A DNA stretch of 63,979 bases, counting the filler, from Octopus bimaculoides (Eukaryota): the NCBI RefSeq assembly GCF_001194135.2. It is 9 parts of 8 records of this genome, joined end to end, with 100 filler letters (N's around TTAATTAATTAA, not from the genome) between each part and the next. Parts side by side here need not be neighbours in the genome. Positions count along the whole stretch, not along the records: positions 8,071 to 36,160 come from NC_068985.1; positions 36,261 to 41,141 come from NW_026376949.1; 7 more parts are not named here. One strand, given 5' to 3'. The translations under genes were made by a program, and so were the position numbers. The notes beneath the pieces were generated by a model, which was not told where the DNA came from, did not search any database, and saw nothing but the letters and a program-made list of their open reading frames with translations. Shown one piece after another: positions 27,843 through 41,084 of the stretch; position 1 is the first letter of the stretch; each line of letters starts with the position of its first letter.

Positions 27843-27888
27843 AACACAACGTTTCGGCTGATATACCCTCCAGCCTTCGTCAGGTGTC
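27843..27888 (-). ncRNA. Minimal type I hammerhead ribozyme motif
   Basis: gacac-CTGACGA-a-ggctg-gagggtatat-cagcc-GAA-ACGT-T-gtgtt: stems I and II of 5 bp, palindromic stem III, putative GUU site. Confidence 0.7.
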
Positions 27889-27950
27889 TTGGGGTAATTT
27901 CGAACCTGGGTTCTCATTCCTAACGATGTTACTATTACCATATTACCATA

Positions 27951-28018
27951 TGGCGTAGTGGTTAAGAGCGCGGGCTACTAACCCCAGGGTTCCGAGTTCG
28001 ATTCACGGCAGCGAACTG
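27951..28018 (+). pseudogene. tRNA-derived Pol III head (not a functional tRNA)
   Basis: A-box tggcgtagtgg, B-box gagttcgattc (27994-28004), anticodon-like loop; no proper acceptor stem. Confidence 0.7.
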
Positions 28019-28098
28019 ATTAATAATAGTAATAATAATAATATTATAATAATAGTAACATCGTTAGGAATGAGAACCCAGGTTCGAAATTTCCCCAA

Positions 28099-28144
28099 GA
28101 CACCTGACGAAGGCTGGTGGGTATATCAGCCGAAACGTTGTATT
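28099..28144 (+). ncRNA. Second copy of the minimal hammerhead motif (one stem I mismatch)
   Basis: gacac-CTGACGA-a-ggctg-gtgggtatat-cagcc-GAA-ACGT-T-gtatt. Confidence 0.6.
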
Positions 28145-28914
28145 AACAACAAACAAGATGAGGAGAAATATCCGTCAAATGTAAATAATGTAAATAATTC
28201 CTCATCTCTTAAATTTAGAACTGTACTCCTTGAAGTTCTACCAAAATTCGTGTAGTGGTCTGATTATTTTCTTTTTTTTCAGGAGTTTATGATAAGATCT
28301 GGACACNNNNNNNNNNNNNNNNNNNNNNNNNNNNNNNNNNNNNNNNNNNNNNNNNNNNNNNNNNNNNNNNNNNNNNNNNCTAATGACACCGTTTCGATTT
28401 TTTGCCTATCATCCATTCGGGGTCGATAAATTAATTATCAGTGCTTGACTGTGAAAGATGTAAGTGACTAGGCCCATTCCCCAAGAATTTCAGCTCTTGT
28501 GCCTGCATTAGAAAGAAAAATTGAACAATGCCTATTTTTAAAGAAATTTTTATATAGAAAGAAAATCAAAAGAGTTTTCTAAAAACGATGCGTCTAATAC
28601 GGCAAAGCTGATTTTTAAAAAAAAGCATAAGTTAGAACATTCTATTTTTTTTTTAAATTTTATAATTGTAACTTATTTTCTAAGATAAAACAGCAGTCCA
28701 AGAATTTTGAGTCTTTTTTTTTTTACTACTTCCTTGATTTTTTTTTAATAGTAACTTATGTCTTACTGTAAGAATAAAACATACAGGCTAAAGTAAATTT
28801 TGATGTTTTTTTTTAAAATTAAATAAAACAATAGGTGGTTTTTTAAAGATTTTTATTTATTTGTATCATATTTTATTCTTTTAGTACGGTTGTCCATAAG
28901 TGAAAGCAGCATTT

Positions 28915-29345
28915 ATCAGCGGACAGGTATAATTGAAGAAAATCCTCAATGTCAGCGAAACTGACCTATTCTGGAAAAAATGTGAACAATTTTCTGGCAA
29001 GAAAAGAGGCGACGACACCAGGTTATAAAACACCCAGGGATAGATTAATACTTTAACTCGGAGGTAATGTCAAAGTTGAATGCGAATTAAAACCGAGGCT
29101 AATTTATCGTACAATGAATTCAAGGGCATTAAAAGAAAGTAACCAGCAATCCCTTTCAGTAATTTGGAAACCGAATAAAAGGGCTTGGGTGACAAAGCAG
29201 TTGTTTGAAGAATGGTTCAATATGCATTTTTGTTCCACATTTGAAAAAAATGGCAAAAAGAAAAATGATTATAATAATTTAGATTTCAAAGTTCTTTTAA
29301 TTTCAGATAATCCCCCTGGGTATTACATCTCGCTTAATGATTCAA
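28915..29345 (+). mobile_element. Tigger/pogo DDE transposase remnant
   Basis: NVSETDLFWKK...PGYKTPRDRL...LKPRLIYRTMNSRALK...VIWKPNKRAWVTKQLFEEWF...FKVLLISDNPPGY. Confidence 0.85.
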
Positions 29346-29384
29346 ATAACAATATGAATAGCTGAACTGGGGGAAAATCAGCGG

Positions 29385-29920
29385 ACAGGCAATTTAGAAA
29401 CTGAGGACAGACAGACATTTGCTATGAAGCATTGCAGATTACAACCAACGGCTATGGGGCGGAGATCGCCATTGGGCTTGGTGAGACTAAATAGTTTAAC
29501 CCCAAAGACCAAGAGACGAATGTAGGAAATGGCACTCAACACCACCGGTTGACAGGGAGATTACCATCTTTGAGATACTGAGGTCATAAATCATCGATCC
29601 CAGCGCCAGAACCCACCGGAAAAGATGCAGTTACCTTCCTATCATTGTCGGAGGTAAAAACAGGTTGTAGAAACTCTAGTAGGTCGGGTCAGTGTAGGTA
29701 CTCATCCGGAGGATGTTTCTCCTTTAGTCGATTGAGAGAATCTGTGATACACTGGGCGAGGGAGGACAGAGAGGAGAGGAGGCGAACGTCCCCTTTAATG
29801 TCAAATTCGCTAAATTTGGCATTAACGGCCTTCTTTAAGTTAGGTGGTTGACCATTGTTCGGGGTTGTGCTAATCACCGACCTGTGAGGAACAGTGGTAG
29901 GGAGTGACAGCAAATTCATT
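29385..29920 (-). mobile_element. CRE-clade non-LTR retrotransposon RT fragment
   Basis: GDVRLLSS...LKEKHP, SFPVGSGAGIDDL*PQYLKD and GDLRPIAVGCNL motifs; stops and frameshifts present. Confidence 0.7.
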
Positions 29921-30386
29921 GATCACTTTGCTATAAAATGTATCAGCACCACGATCTATCTCCATCTTCTTCAAAAGTTCTTTATTCATGAAAATGAAAA
30001 CTAAATTATTGAATCTCTCTTTACTTTGGGAACATCTCATATAACTATTTACTCCCTTTAATGAAGACAGCTATATTTTACAGGAAGCGGATGTTGTAGG
30101 TGTGGTCAGAATCTGACGTCGTAACTTTGTTACTCCTGTCTGAGCTTGATTTATTTCAAGCTTCCATATTATGTCTGCAACTTCTTGAATGATTGAGACT
30201 TGCTTTGCAAAATCTACAGCATAATTTGGTTTTATCTGACATTTCAATTCATCTAAATTTAATATTTTTACAGACATTCAAAGATGAAAATACTTCCATC
30301 AAAAATTTTTATCGTAAGGGTGAAAAAGCTTCGGATTCAACGATCCAAGTAATCTAAACTAAGAAAATTTAAACAATGATTTATAC

Positions 30387-30800
30387 GCGCAGGAGTGGCT
30401 GTGTGGGAAGTAGCTTGCTTACCAACCACATGGTTCCGGGTTCATTCCCACTGTGTAGCACCTTGAGCAAGTGTCTTCTACTATAGCCTCGGGACAACCA
30501 AATCTTTGTGAGTAGATTTGGTAGACGGAAACTCAAAGAAGCCCGTCGTATGTATATATATATATGTGTGTGAGTGTGTGTGTGTGTGTATGTGTGTGTG
30601 TATTTGTGTGTCTATCGCTTGACAACCGATGGTGGTGTGTTTACGTCTCCGTAACTTAGCGGTTCGGTAAATATGACCAATAGAATAAGTACTAAGCTTA
30701 CAAAGAATAAGTCCTGGAGTCGATTTGCTCGACTAAAAGGCGGTGCTCCAGCATGGCCGCAGTCAAATGACTGAAATAAGTGAAAGAGTAAAAGAGAGAG
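30387..30800 (+). mobile_element. SINE family B full-length copy with internal (TA)/(TG) microsatellite
   Basis: tRNA-like head, accttgagcaagtgtcttctactatagcctcggg CORE-like block, microsatellite, and a 3' module ending gactgaaataagtgaaagag. Confidence 0.9.
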
Positions 30801-30804
30801 TAAT

Positions 30805-30910
30805 GGTGTTTTAAATCTTTCCGGTCTTTGCTGACATCGACGTATCCCAAAAACCTTTCCTGAGGCTTTTCCTTCTTATCAACAATTCGCAAAATGTTGT
30901 TAAACGAAGT
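30805..30910 (-). mobile_element. hAT transposase fragment
   Basis: ILRIVDKKEKPQERFLGYVDVSKDR resembles the hAT LRYV...ERFLGF motif; short. Confidence 0.4.
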
Positions 30911-31950
30911 TCTTAAAGCAGCTTTTGGTTCTTTATGTCAAACACGCTTCTCTGGTGGTTCAGTGACACCATCAGAGCCCAAGAAGTAAAATTCTTCAAA
31001 CTTGTTGTTCTGAATATTGCGGTGAGCTCTATGAAGCTGACTGAGATATTACCAAATTAAGTGAATGTGTATAACAATGTACAACTTCTGTCAGTGATGC
31101 AGCTTCTTTGTCTTTACTGACATTGAGTTATCCCCTAAACCTTACTTGAACTTTTCCTTCTCATTAACTAATCGCAAAACGTGTAATAGTTAAGATTTCA
31201 TTAGAAGATCTGTAGTCTCACGAAGCACAACAGCAACAAATGCTGTTTTTACGATCATTGCCTTAATTACAGCTATACAGTTAAAAAATTTCGTTTGAAT
31301 ATCACTTGAAAGTGACCACTTCAAAGCTGAGAAAATATGTTCTTATACTGACAAACTAACAAACATGGGAAACAGGAAAATTTGTTCAGAATGGGTCATC
31401 TCGTCATTCACTCAGCCGAAGACATTCCTCGCTGCCCACTACAGATTTGATTTTCAGCTTAAGCCTTGGTTTCTCTTTTCCGAGGATGACAATATTTTTC
31501 TTATCTCTTTCAAAGTTGGGGAAAGTAAAGAGAAAACTGAACTAATTGACCCTTTTGTCATCCAGGGGCTGAGTGAAAGCATGAGAAATTTTATTGGGTT
31601 ATAATCTTTTGAAATGAATCGAAGCTTTATGCTAATAGATATTTTAGGTACTACTGTACATTTTTTTTTACCTAACTTTTCTTAAATAACTTTAAATATT
31701 TAAAATCAAAATTTTAAAGCATTGTCATGAACGAATGAATGAAACCTTTACTTTGTAATTACACGCGCGCGCGTGCGCATAAGCATACACACACGCACAC
31801 CCAAAAACACATACAGACACAAACACACATAAAATTTCCGGTTTCTCCTTTTCGTTCTGTGTGAAAAAACATCAAGAAAACTCTGGGTGCACATGACTGA
31901 ATGCAGTGGACTTGATAGAGGGAAACTGAAAAAATCTCGTCGCATATATT

Positions 31951-31990
<40 letters not shown>

Positions 31991-32620
31991 TATTTTTGTG
32001 TCTGTGTTTGTCTTTCACCAACGCTTAACAACCGGCGTTGGTGTGTTTATGTTCCTGTAACTTAGCAGTTCGGCACGAGACCAAAAGAATAAGCACCAGG
32101 CTTTAAAAAAAAGTACTGTGTTCGATTCATTTGAGCAAAAAATATTGAAGGTGATGCCCCAGCATGGCCACAATCTAATGATTGTAACAAGTGGAAGATA
32201 AAAGATAAAATGCGTATTATTCGGTACCGAATAATCGAACGAAATATATCAGTGAGCAATAAAACAAATTTGTAAATTGAGTAAATATGCATGAACTAAA
32301 TATGCATGAACCAACTTCGCGGCAGGAGGTGCAGATGAGGGCAGCTGCATCAAACTCTCTCATGCACCAAATGTCAATTCCTGAAGTAAAATTCGTGAAG
32401 TAAAATTATGTAACAACACCAAATGGCGGTGCCCCAGCATGGCCACTGCTCATGCGCTGAAACTAGATAAAAGGAAAAAAAAAATTCTCATCTAAATCTT
32501 TCCGACTATGAAGAAAGCCTCTAGAAAGTCCTCTGAATAGGCAGGTTTTTGATCTCTGCTGCACAGGACAGTAAAAGCATCAGCACTTCAAGAGACGTGT
32601 CTGCTGGCTTAACACGGCTG

Positions 32621-33005
32621 GAAGGCAAGCAGTAAAATACCTGCTTTCTCTGTCTTTCTCGTTTTTTGATCACCCATTCATTTTTTTTTTATTTTGTCCC
32701 TGATTTTGACGCTCCCTTCTTGAAAATAAGAGAATATGAAGAAAATAACACCACTGCTCTTACTCTTATGACTGAAAGCAAGCAGTAAAAAATTTACTTT
32801 CCTTTGCTTTTCATTCTATAGACTACTCAACCGCTTATTTTGTCTCTCATTTTGACGCTCCATTCTCGAAGAGAATAATAAAATACGAAGAGACTAATAT
32901 CATTGCTCTTACAGACTACGACTGAAAGCAAGCAGAAACATTCGCCTTTCTCTCTGTTGATCACTCACTCTTCTGTTTTTTCTTTCTTGTAGACGCTCCC
33001 TGCTA
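32621..33005 (+). repeat. ~150-bp diverged tandem repeat, ~2.5 copies
   Basis: gaa(g/a)gcaagcag at 32621, 32774 and 32924, with gacgctcc in each unit. Confidence 0.75.
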
Positions 33006-33214
33006 AAAACAAACAAACAAACAAACAAACGAACAAAAAAACAAAGAAACAGGAAAGCATTTAATTCACAGCTTTTTCTTCTTTTCTCGGTAAGCAAACA
33101 AGGGCTTTCGCTGCTTAAACTTGTTAAATAATATCGATTGTTTACAGTTTATACTAAGAAAGGAAGGAATGCGAAATAAAAGTAAACATGACTACAATGA
33201 ATACTCTCTTTTAC

Positions 33215-33581
33215 TCTTTTACTCTTTTACTTGTTTCAGTCGTTTGACTGTGGCCATGCTGGAGCACCGCTTTAGTCGAGCAAATAGACCCCAGGACTTA
33301 TTCTTTGTAAACCTAGTACTTATTCTATCGGTCTGTTTTGCCGAACCGCTAAGTTACGGGGACGTAAACACACCAGCATCGGNNNNNNNNNNNNNNNNNN
33401 NNNNNNNNNNNNNNNNNNNNNNNNNNNNNNNNNNNNNNNNNNNNNNNNNNNNNNNNNNNNNNNNNNNNNNNNNNNNNNNNNNNNNNNNNNNNNNNNNNNN
33501 NNNNNNNNNNNNNNNNNNNNNNNNNNNNNNNNNNNNNNNNNNNNNNNNNNNNNNNNNNNNNNNNNNNNNNNNNNNNNNNNN

Positions 33582-33644
<63 letters not shown>

Positions 33645-33810
33645 TACGACGGGCTTCTTTCAGTTTCCGTCTAAAAAATTCACTCAGAAGGCTTTGATCG
33701 GGCCGGGGCTATAGTAGAAGACACTTACCAAAGGTGCCATGCCGTGGGAATGAACCGGGAACCATGTGGTTGGTAAGTAAGATACTTACCACGCAGCCAC
33801 TCCTACGCTT
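33215..33810 (-). mobile_element. SINE family B copy spanning a gap
   Basis: Both modules match the reverse complement of the 30387-30800 copy. Confidence 0.85.
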
Positions 33811-34039
33811 CTCAACAATCAATTATATATTACACGAAAATTATTTATCGTGGAAAATAATAAGGCATGCAGTTTATGCATTGCATACAGAGATCCTTAG
33901 ACTTGAGAAGCGCCGAGTGTGTTGGTATTTTACGAACAAAAAAGTTAGATTCTCAACACAGTATAGCTGTTGAAACAACCGCGAAAGTTTGAGTATTCAT
34001 CCTTAGAAAACGGAAAGGATGTTGGCAACTGAGAATCGA

Positions 34040-34542
34040 AATTCTTTTTCTTGTTTCAATCGATAGACTGCAGCCATGCTAGAACACCACCTTGAAAGCT
34101 TTCAATCGAACAAATCGAATTCAATATTTATTGTTTAAGCCTACTACTTATTCTATCGGCCTCTGTTGCCGAACCGCTAAGTTACGGGGACGAAAACACA
34201 CCACCATCGGTTGTCAAGCGATGTTGGTGGGACAAACACAGACACACAAACATACACACACACACACACACACACATACACACATATATATATATATANN
34301 NNNNNNNNNNNNNNNNNNNNNNNNNNNNNNNNNNNNNNNNNNNNNNNNNNNNNNNNNNNNNNNNNNNNNNNNNNNNNNNNNNNNNNNNNNNNNNNNNNTA
34401 TATATGCTCCGGGATTCTCAGTTTCCGTCTACTAAATCCACTCACAAGGCTTTCGTTAGCCCCTAAAGTGCCACACAATAGGAATGAACCCTGAACCATT
34501 TGGTGTGGAAGCAAACTTCTTACCGCTCAGCCACGCCTGCGC
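34040..34542 (-). mobile_element. SINE family B copy
   Basis: gccatgctagaacacc...ctaagttacgggg...gtttccgtctactaaatccactcacaaggc. Confidence 0.8.
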
Positions 34543-35850
34543 TTACATAATAATGAATTTTTAATAATTAAATCACAAGCTTTCAAATTTGCATGAACGG
34601 CAAAACCTATTTCTATGGCCATATTACATGTCTTTATTTCATGTTCCCCGGAAGATGAGAAGCAAATCCGACATCGACTGAATGTAAACTCAGATCGCAA
34701 AATACATAAATCTATAACACAAAATGGCATTATTTTATCGACTCCCGAACGATGAATGACAAAATCGATAATAAAGGAATTTGAACCTATATCGTGATGG
34801 TCATTAATATATAATTCACAAAGGGACTTTATTTTATCGGTGCTAATCATTTTTATAGCACAATAATGATTTTTTAATGATAATTAAGTCACGAGGTTTC
34901 AGATTTGCGGGAAGGGCAAAATTGATTACAACGGCCAAATTACATGTTGAGTACTTTATTCTACCATCCCCGGAAGTTGAGAAGCAAACATGACCTCGAT
35001 TGGAAGTGAACTCAGATCGTAAAGGCCATAAACTCTACAGAACAAAGAGGCATTATTTTGTCCGGTGCATTACCAAAATCTGCCATTCCATCGCTATTCA
35101 CATCTCAACCTAATAATAGCAACAGCAATGTTTCACTTTTGTGTTTTTCCTATTATTGATATCTGGCAATAAAGCCATATAACAGAGATCGCCCACACCT
35201 CCATGCTGTCTCTCCCCTCCCTTTCTCCTTCAATCTATCTATCTCTCACATACACACAAGTGCAATATCAGCACCACCACCACCACCATTATCACCACAT
35301 CCACTACTGCCGCCATAACCATCACAACAACGTAGCAAACAAAAACAGCAATAAAAACAAAAGTGTGGGCAATAAAAAACAACACAAAAAAAAGACAATA
35401 ATGTTTCTAACTTTATGTCCGGGTCATCAAAAAAGCTGCAAGACTTCATGTCAAGGTATCTCTTTTGTGAAGCTATCAGTCAATTGATCAGTTGGGCCTG
35501 TCGATGTTTATGACCATATATGGTAAAGGTCAGCTGATTCTTTCATATCAATGGACGACAGTTTCTGTTTCGTTTTTGTTTTTTGTTTTTTGTTTTTTGT
35601 CGTTTCTTTTTGATTTTTTTTTTTTTTGTGAGCTTCACAACTTCTCTTTCACTTATCCGATATTTTCTTTTTACAGACCTCACTAACGTTATGATCTGGC
35701 AAACATATTTCTGAGTTTTACTGTATTTCTTTACACGAACAGATAGACACTTAGGCACATACATACACATGCAAACACGCACACACAAGCACATACACAC
35801 ACGCATACAAACACACACCGATGAATCTAGACATCTACGTACATCTATAG

Positions 35851-35889
<39 letters not shown>

Positions 35890-35930
35890 ATAATAATAAT
35901 AATAATAATAAAACCATAGATACGTGTGTA

Positions 35931-35988
<58 letters not shown>

Positions 35989-36118
35989 TATATATATATA
36001 CAGAAGTACTATATATATAAATATATTTATGTATATGTAAATGCATATGTGTACAATGATACACACACACATGAGATCGATCGATACACACAGGCACACA
36101 TACACGAGCACACACATA

Positions 36119-36160
<42 letters not shown>

Positions 36161-36426
36161 NNNNNNNNNNNNNNNNNNNNNNNNNNNNNNNNNNNNNNNN
36201 NNNNTTAATTAATTAANNNNNNNNNNNNNNNNNNNNNNNNNNNNNNNNNNNNNNNNNNNNACACACACACATGTATACTAAGACGCACACGCATACACAC
36301 ATGCGCGTACACACACGCACACACATCTACATACATATATACGTACATTCATATACGTCACACATATGTTGATACAGATACAGAATCGCATGTTCTAAGT
36401 GACACAAACGGCGCAAACAATCTTCT

Positions 36427-36487
<61 letters not shown>

Positions 36488-36497
36488 NNNNNNNNNN

Positions 36498-36548
<51 letters not shown>

Positions 36549-38404
36549 ACACACACTCCTCATATATGCATACACATTAAGAAACACACAAACACACAAA
36601 CACACAAACAGACACACACACTCACACATATACAATCTCTGGATCATACTTTCTAAAGATACATAGGTATACGGAAGCACAAGAACAGACAGACAGACAG
36701 GCATACCATCGGACAGAGGCCAATCCTCTTCAAAGACGTGCACAATACACATACACACTTATATAGGTTCACACACACGCACACATACATACATGCATAC
36801 ATAAATATGAACACATACACATACATAATATANNNNNNNNNNNNNNNNNNNNNNNNNNNNNNNNNNNNNNNNNNNNNNNNNNNNNNNNNNNNNNNNNNNN
36901 NNNNNNNNNNNNNNNNNNNNNNNNNNNNNNNNNNNNNNNNNNNNNNNNNNNNNNNNNNNNNNNNNNNNNNNNNNNNNNNNNNNNNNNNNNNNNNNNNNNN
37001 NNNNNNNNNNNNNNNNNNNNNNNNNNNNNNNNNNNNNNNNNNNNNNNNNNNNNNNNNNNNNNNNNNNNNNNNNNNNNNNNNNNNNNNNNNNNNNNNNNNN
37101 NNNNNNNNNNNNNNNNNNNNNNNNNNNNNNNNNNNNNNNNNNNNNNNNNNNNNNNNNNNNNNNNNNNNNNNNNNNNNNNNNNNNNNNNNNNNNNNNNNNN
37201 NNNNNNNNNNNNNNNNNNNNNNNNNNNNNNNNNNNNNNNNNNNNNNNNNNNNNNNNNNNNNNNNNNNNNNNNNNNNNNNNNNNNNNNNNNNNNNNNNNNN
37301 NNNNNNNNNNNNNNNNNNNNNNNNNNNNNNNNNNNNNNNNNNNNNNNNNNNNNNNNNNNNNNNNNNNNNNNNNNNNNNNNNNNNNNNNNNNNNNNNNNNN
37401 NNNNNNNNNNNNNNNNNNNCAGCATGGCACCTTGGGCAAGTGTCTTCTACTATAGCCTCGGGCCGACCAAAGCTTTCTAAGAGGAGCTGGGTGACGGAAA
37501 CTGAAAGAAGCTTCTCGTATATATACATACATATATATATATATATATGTATATATCTATATCTATCTATCTATCTGTCTATCTATGTGTGTGTGTTTAT
37601 TTATATATATATATATATATATTCGCACACAAACACATACACACATATATATATACACACCCCTTATTTATTTTTATTGTATAATTCTTTATTTATCTAA
37701 TTATTGATATGATGGTCACTCTTCTCGTTTTATACACTCCCCCCTGTTGTACCATTTCAGACTTATTGTGTCCCTTTTATGGTCCTTCCAGCCTTAAAAG
37801 GACCATATAGAAGGCTGTTAAATAAATAAATATATAAATAACTGCGTGACCTTACCATTTCTACTTAACGCTAAAACCACTTGTTGAATAGAATTAAAAG
37901 AGAAAAGAAACTAACTCTTAACGCATGATCATTGGCAATCTGGCTATGCCCTGTGTGTAGGGAGATCGCCTCTCTTAGTAAATAAGACGGTGGCTTATTG
38001 GGGTTATGAGTTGTACTGACTTTTATTACTAGCAATACTGGTGCTGAATGGCACCCTCAGTCGCTACACACACACACATACATAGTTGAAATTTACAGAA
38101 AAACAAAAGACGAAGACAGGTGTATGAACAACAAGCAGGTCTATTAGTTTGACGCTCGGGAAATTGAGAAAGTCTTTTACGTTTCGAGCCTACGCTCTTC
38201 AACAGAAAAGAATAAGAGAAAGTAAACAGATAGAGAATAAAAAAAAAATGTGGATTTAGCAATCAAGTATGGCGACTGGTTGGGGGAAAAAATGTAAATT
38301 CACGGAACCTAATACTAAATATAATAATAATAATAAATACGTAAATAAGATGTCTAGTAAACTGAAATAAATAAGCTAATGAATAGCTTTGATAATACTT
38401 ATAC

Positions 38405-38611
38405 TCTCTCTCTTTTACTTGTTTCAGTCATTTGACTGTGGCCATGCTGGAGCAACGCCTTTAGTCGAGCAAATCGACCCCAGGACTTATTCTTTGGAAG
38501 CCTAGTACTTATTCTATCGGTCTCTTTTGCCGAACCGCTAAGTTACGGGGAGGTAAACACACCAGCATTGCTTGTCAAGCGATGTTGGGGGGCAAACACA
38601 GACACACAAAC

Positions 38612-38670
<59 letters not shown>

Positions 38671-38791
38671 CATATGTACATATATACGACGGGCTTCTTT
38701 CAGTTTCCGTCTACCAAATCCACTCACAAGGCTTTGGTCGGCCCGAAGCTATAGTAGAAGACACTTGCCCAAGGTGCCACGCAGTGGGACT
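38405..38791 (-). mobile_element. SINE family B copy lacking its first ~55 nt
   Basis: Close match to family B; ends abruptly at ...gcagtgggact, where PLE sequence begins. Confidence 0.9.
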
Positions 38792-39571
38792 AGATGATAA
38801 TTGTGCAGATAAAGCCAATATTATATGGATGGTCATCTTCTTTGCAAATCAAATCAAAACTAACATAATAAAATCTATTTATCGATTAATTCAAAAACAT
38901 TTAAATAAGAATAATAGGTATAGTGAAATAATTAATTCTAAGACTATAAGAATTGGTTACTGCATATCGAAGTATATTTTTAGAGTTTTATCTTCAATCA
39001 ATGATAGAAAATTAGATATTTTCTATAACAATCGAAATATCGATAGAAATGAAAATATATTCTTTTATAATAGAAGGGAAATAATCCATATTGACTCCCT
39101 TTTTAACCAAAATAATAGAAAAAATAAAAATGAAAAGAAAAGGAAATTATAACGGTAAGAATTATATAAGTAGTGATATAAATAATAATTGTGATTGTAG
39201 GATTAAAGATGAATGTAATTTTAATGATAATTGTAGACAAAATAATCTAGTATATAAGTGTATAGTTGAATCAGAAGGTAATAAATTTTATTATATCGGA
39301 TCAATCGAAAATCCAATAAAAAGGAGGATTGCTAACCATGAACACTGCTTTAGAAGCAGACAAAAAAATGAATAACACCGGTCACAGCAAATTTATATGG
39401 ATGCCAAAAGACAATAATAAAAATTATAAGATTAAATTAGAGATTATAAATCATGCTAGATCTTATGAAACTTCCAATAAGGGGTGTGAATTGTGTCTCG
39501 AAGAAATATTCCAAATCCTAACATCTAAACATAAACTTCTTAATTCCAAGAAAAAGCAATTTATATTGTAA
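38792..39571 (+). mobile_element. Penelope-like (Neptune-type) element: thumb/linker, Cys-rich region and GIY-YIG endonuclease, frameshifted
   Basis: NIIW...KTNI...LIQKH; CDCRIKDECNFNDNC..NNLVYKCIV...YYIGS.E..IKRRI.NH..CF; N.TGHSKFIW..K; CELCLEE...LLN. Confidence 0.9.
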
Positions 39572-39949
39572 TCAATAACTATAAAGATTAGTTTTTATTC
39601 TCAAATAAACACAGGTACATCAATATAAATATACTTATTTACTTAATGCAAGACTATAATAGCTAGCTTTTATTTTCAAATTATTATACACTCGTAAATA
39701 TAAATATACTTATTGATATATTTTATCAATTATCTTACCGTTATATATAATATATGTTGAGGTCTATCTAATATTAACATTTTCTGTAGCGTCCTTCATT
39801 TATACATGTACATACACACACATAAATATAATTATTAATTGTAATAAATGACTATAATGATTGACTTTTATTTTCGAGCAATTATAAACAAACGTATATA
39901 TAAATAAATTGATTTAACATGCATACACACATACACACACACACACACA

Positions 39950-40007
<58 letters not shown>

Positions 40008-41084
40008 TTAACATAGACATGTGCAGTGTCCGAAGATTTCGGAACTGTGTTTATGCCGAGCAACTGCTGTCACGACTAAGAAGAGTACAACTACCAATCG
40101 AGTAAGATTGTTCCGCCGACTTCTCTGGACAGAGAAGAGCAGGCTTGTTTCCTCTGGGTAGTAGCTATCGCGAAAGAGGTAGTATGACCGACGCGAATGA
40201 AAGGGATTGTGACGGGCATCTTCAGCTCCAGCCTTGGGTTGGTTAACTTTTTCCTTTTTCACCCGAAAAAGAAAATAAGGCTGGTAAGGAGATGCTTGTC
40301 GCAAAGGACATTCGAGAAAAGATAGAAGATTATTGTGAGCATGCTGAGAGTGAAGGAACTTACTTGAGTGAGAACAAAAGGGAAAAACCCAAGTTTCAGT
40401 GTTGGTACATGGTTTGTGGCGTTGGCTGCGCCCCTCACTCCATTCAGTTTGAATCCACTCGATTTTCATATTTTTAATTTACTTTTAATTATACGTCTAA
40501 CTTCATGTTGCTGATCACTCGTTCCACAACCCCTTGTCTGTCTCTGTAACACCCCCTCTTTGTGTAGAACAACTTAGTTAAATAAGAAATCAGTTTTAGC
40601 GTTACCTAAATTTTTACTTTATTTTATTATTTTTAATTTTATTTATATTTATTATTTTTATTTTTTATTTTTTTATCATACCCATATATATTTCTATTTT
40701 TATTTTATATTATTTTCATTTTATTTAAGCTATTCTAATATTTATTTATATTTATTTTTATCATATTGTTACCTTTTTTATTTTTTCTTATTTTTTCTTT
40801 GCCTGTATAACTTATCTTTGAATATTTTTATTGCCTTTATTTTCATTAATATTCCTTATTTACACTTATTTCTATTTTTATTTTCATATTTTATACTTTA
40901 ATATTTTTATATATCTTATTTTATTATTATTAGATTTTAATAAAGTTATGAACACACACGAACACACACACACAAATAACTAAACATGCATTCATCTACT
41001 TAGTCTGTTAGAGTATCTCAACCGATCAACACGTAGTTTCTTTAATATCCTTTCACCCTGATAATATTTAGCTCTAAATCTTCA

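Larger units (their letters stand above)
27793..28215. mobile_element. Fold-back PLE pLTR unit: inverted hammerhead-bearing arms around a tRNA-like head
   Basis: Arm ~27793-27937 is the reverse complement of ~28050-28195; the tRNA-like segment lies between them; homologous to 13870-14090. Confidence 0.8.

Noticed and set aside
27951-28018. Functional tRNA gene
   Set aside because: No acceptor stem, an atypical anticodon loop, and it is part of a repeated element.
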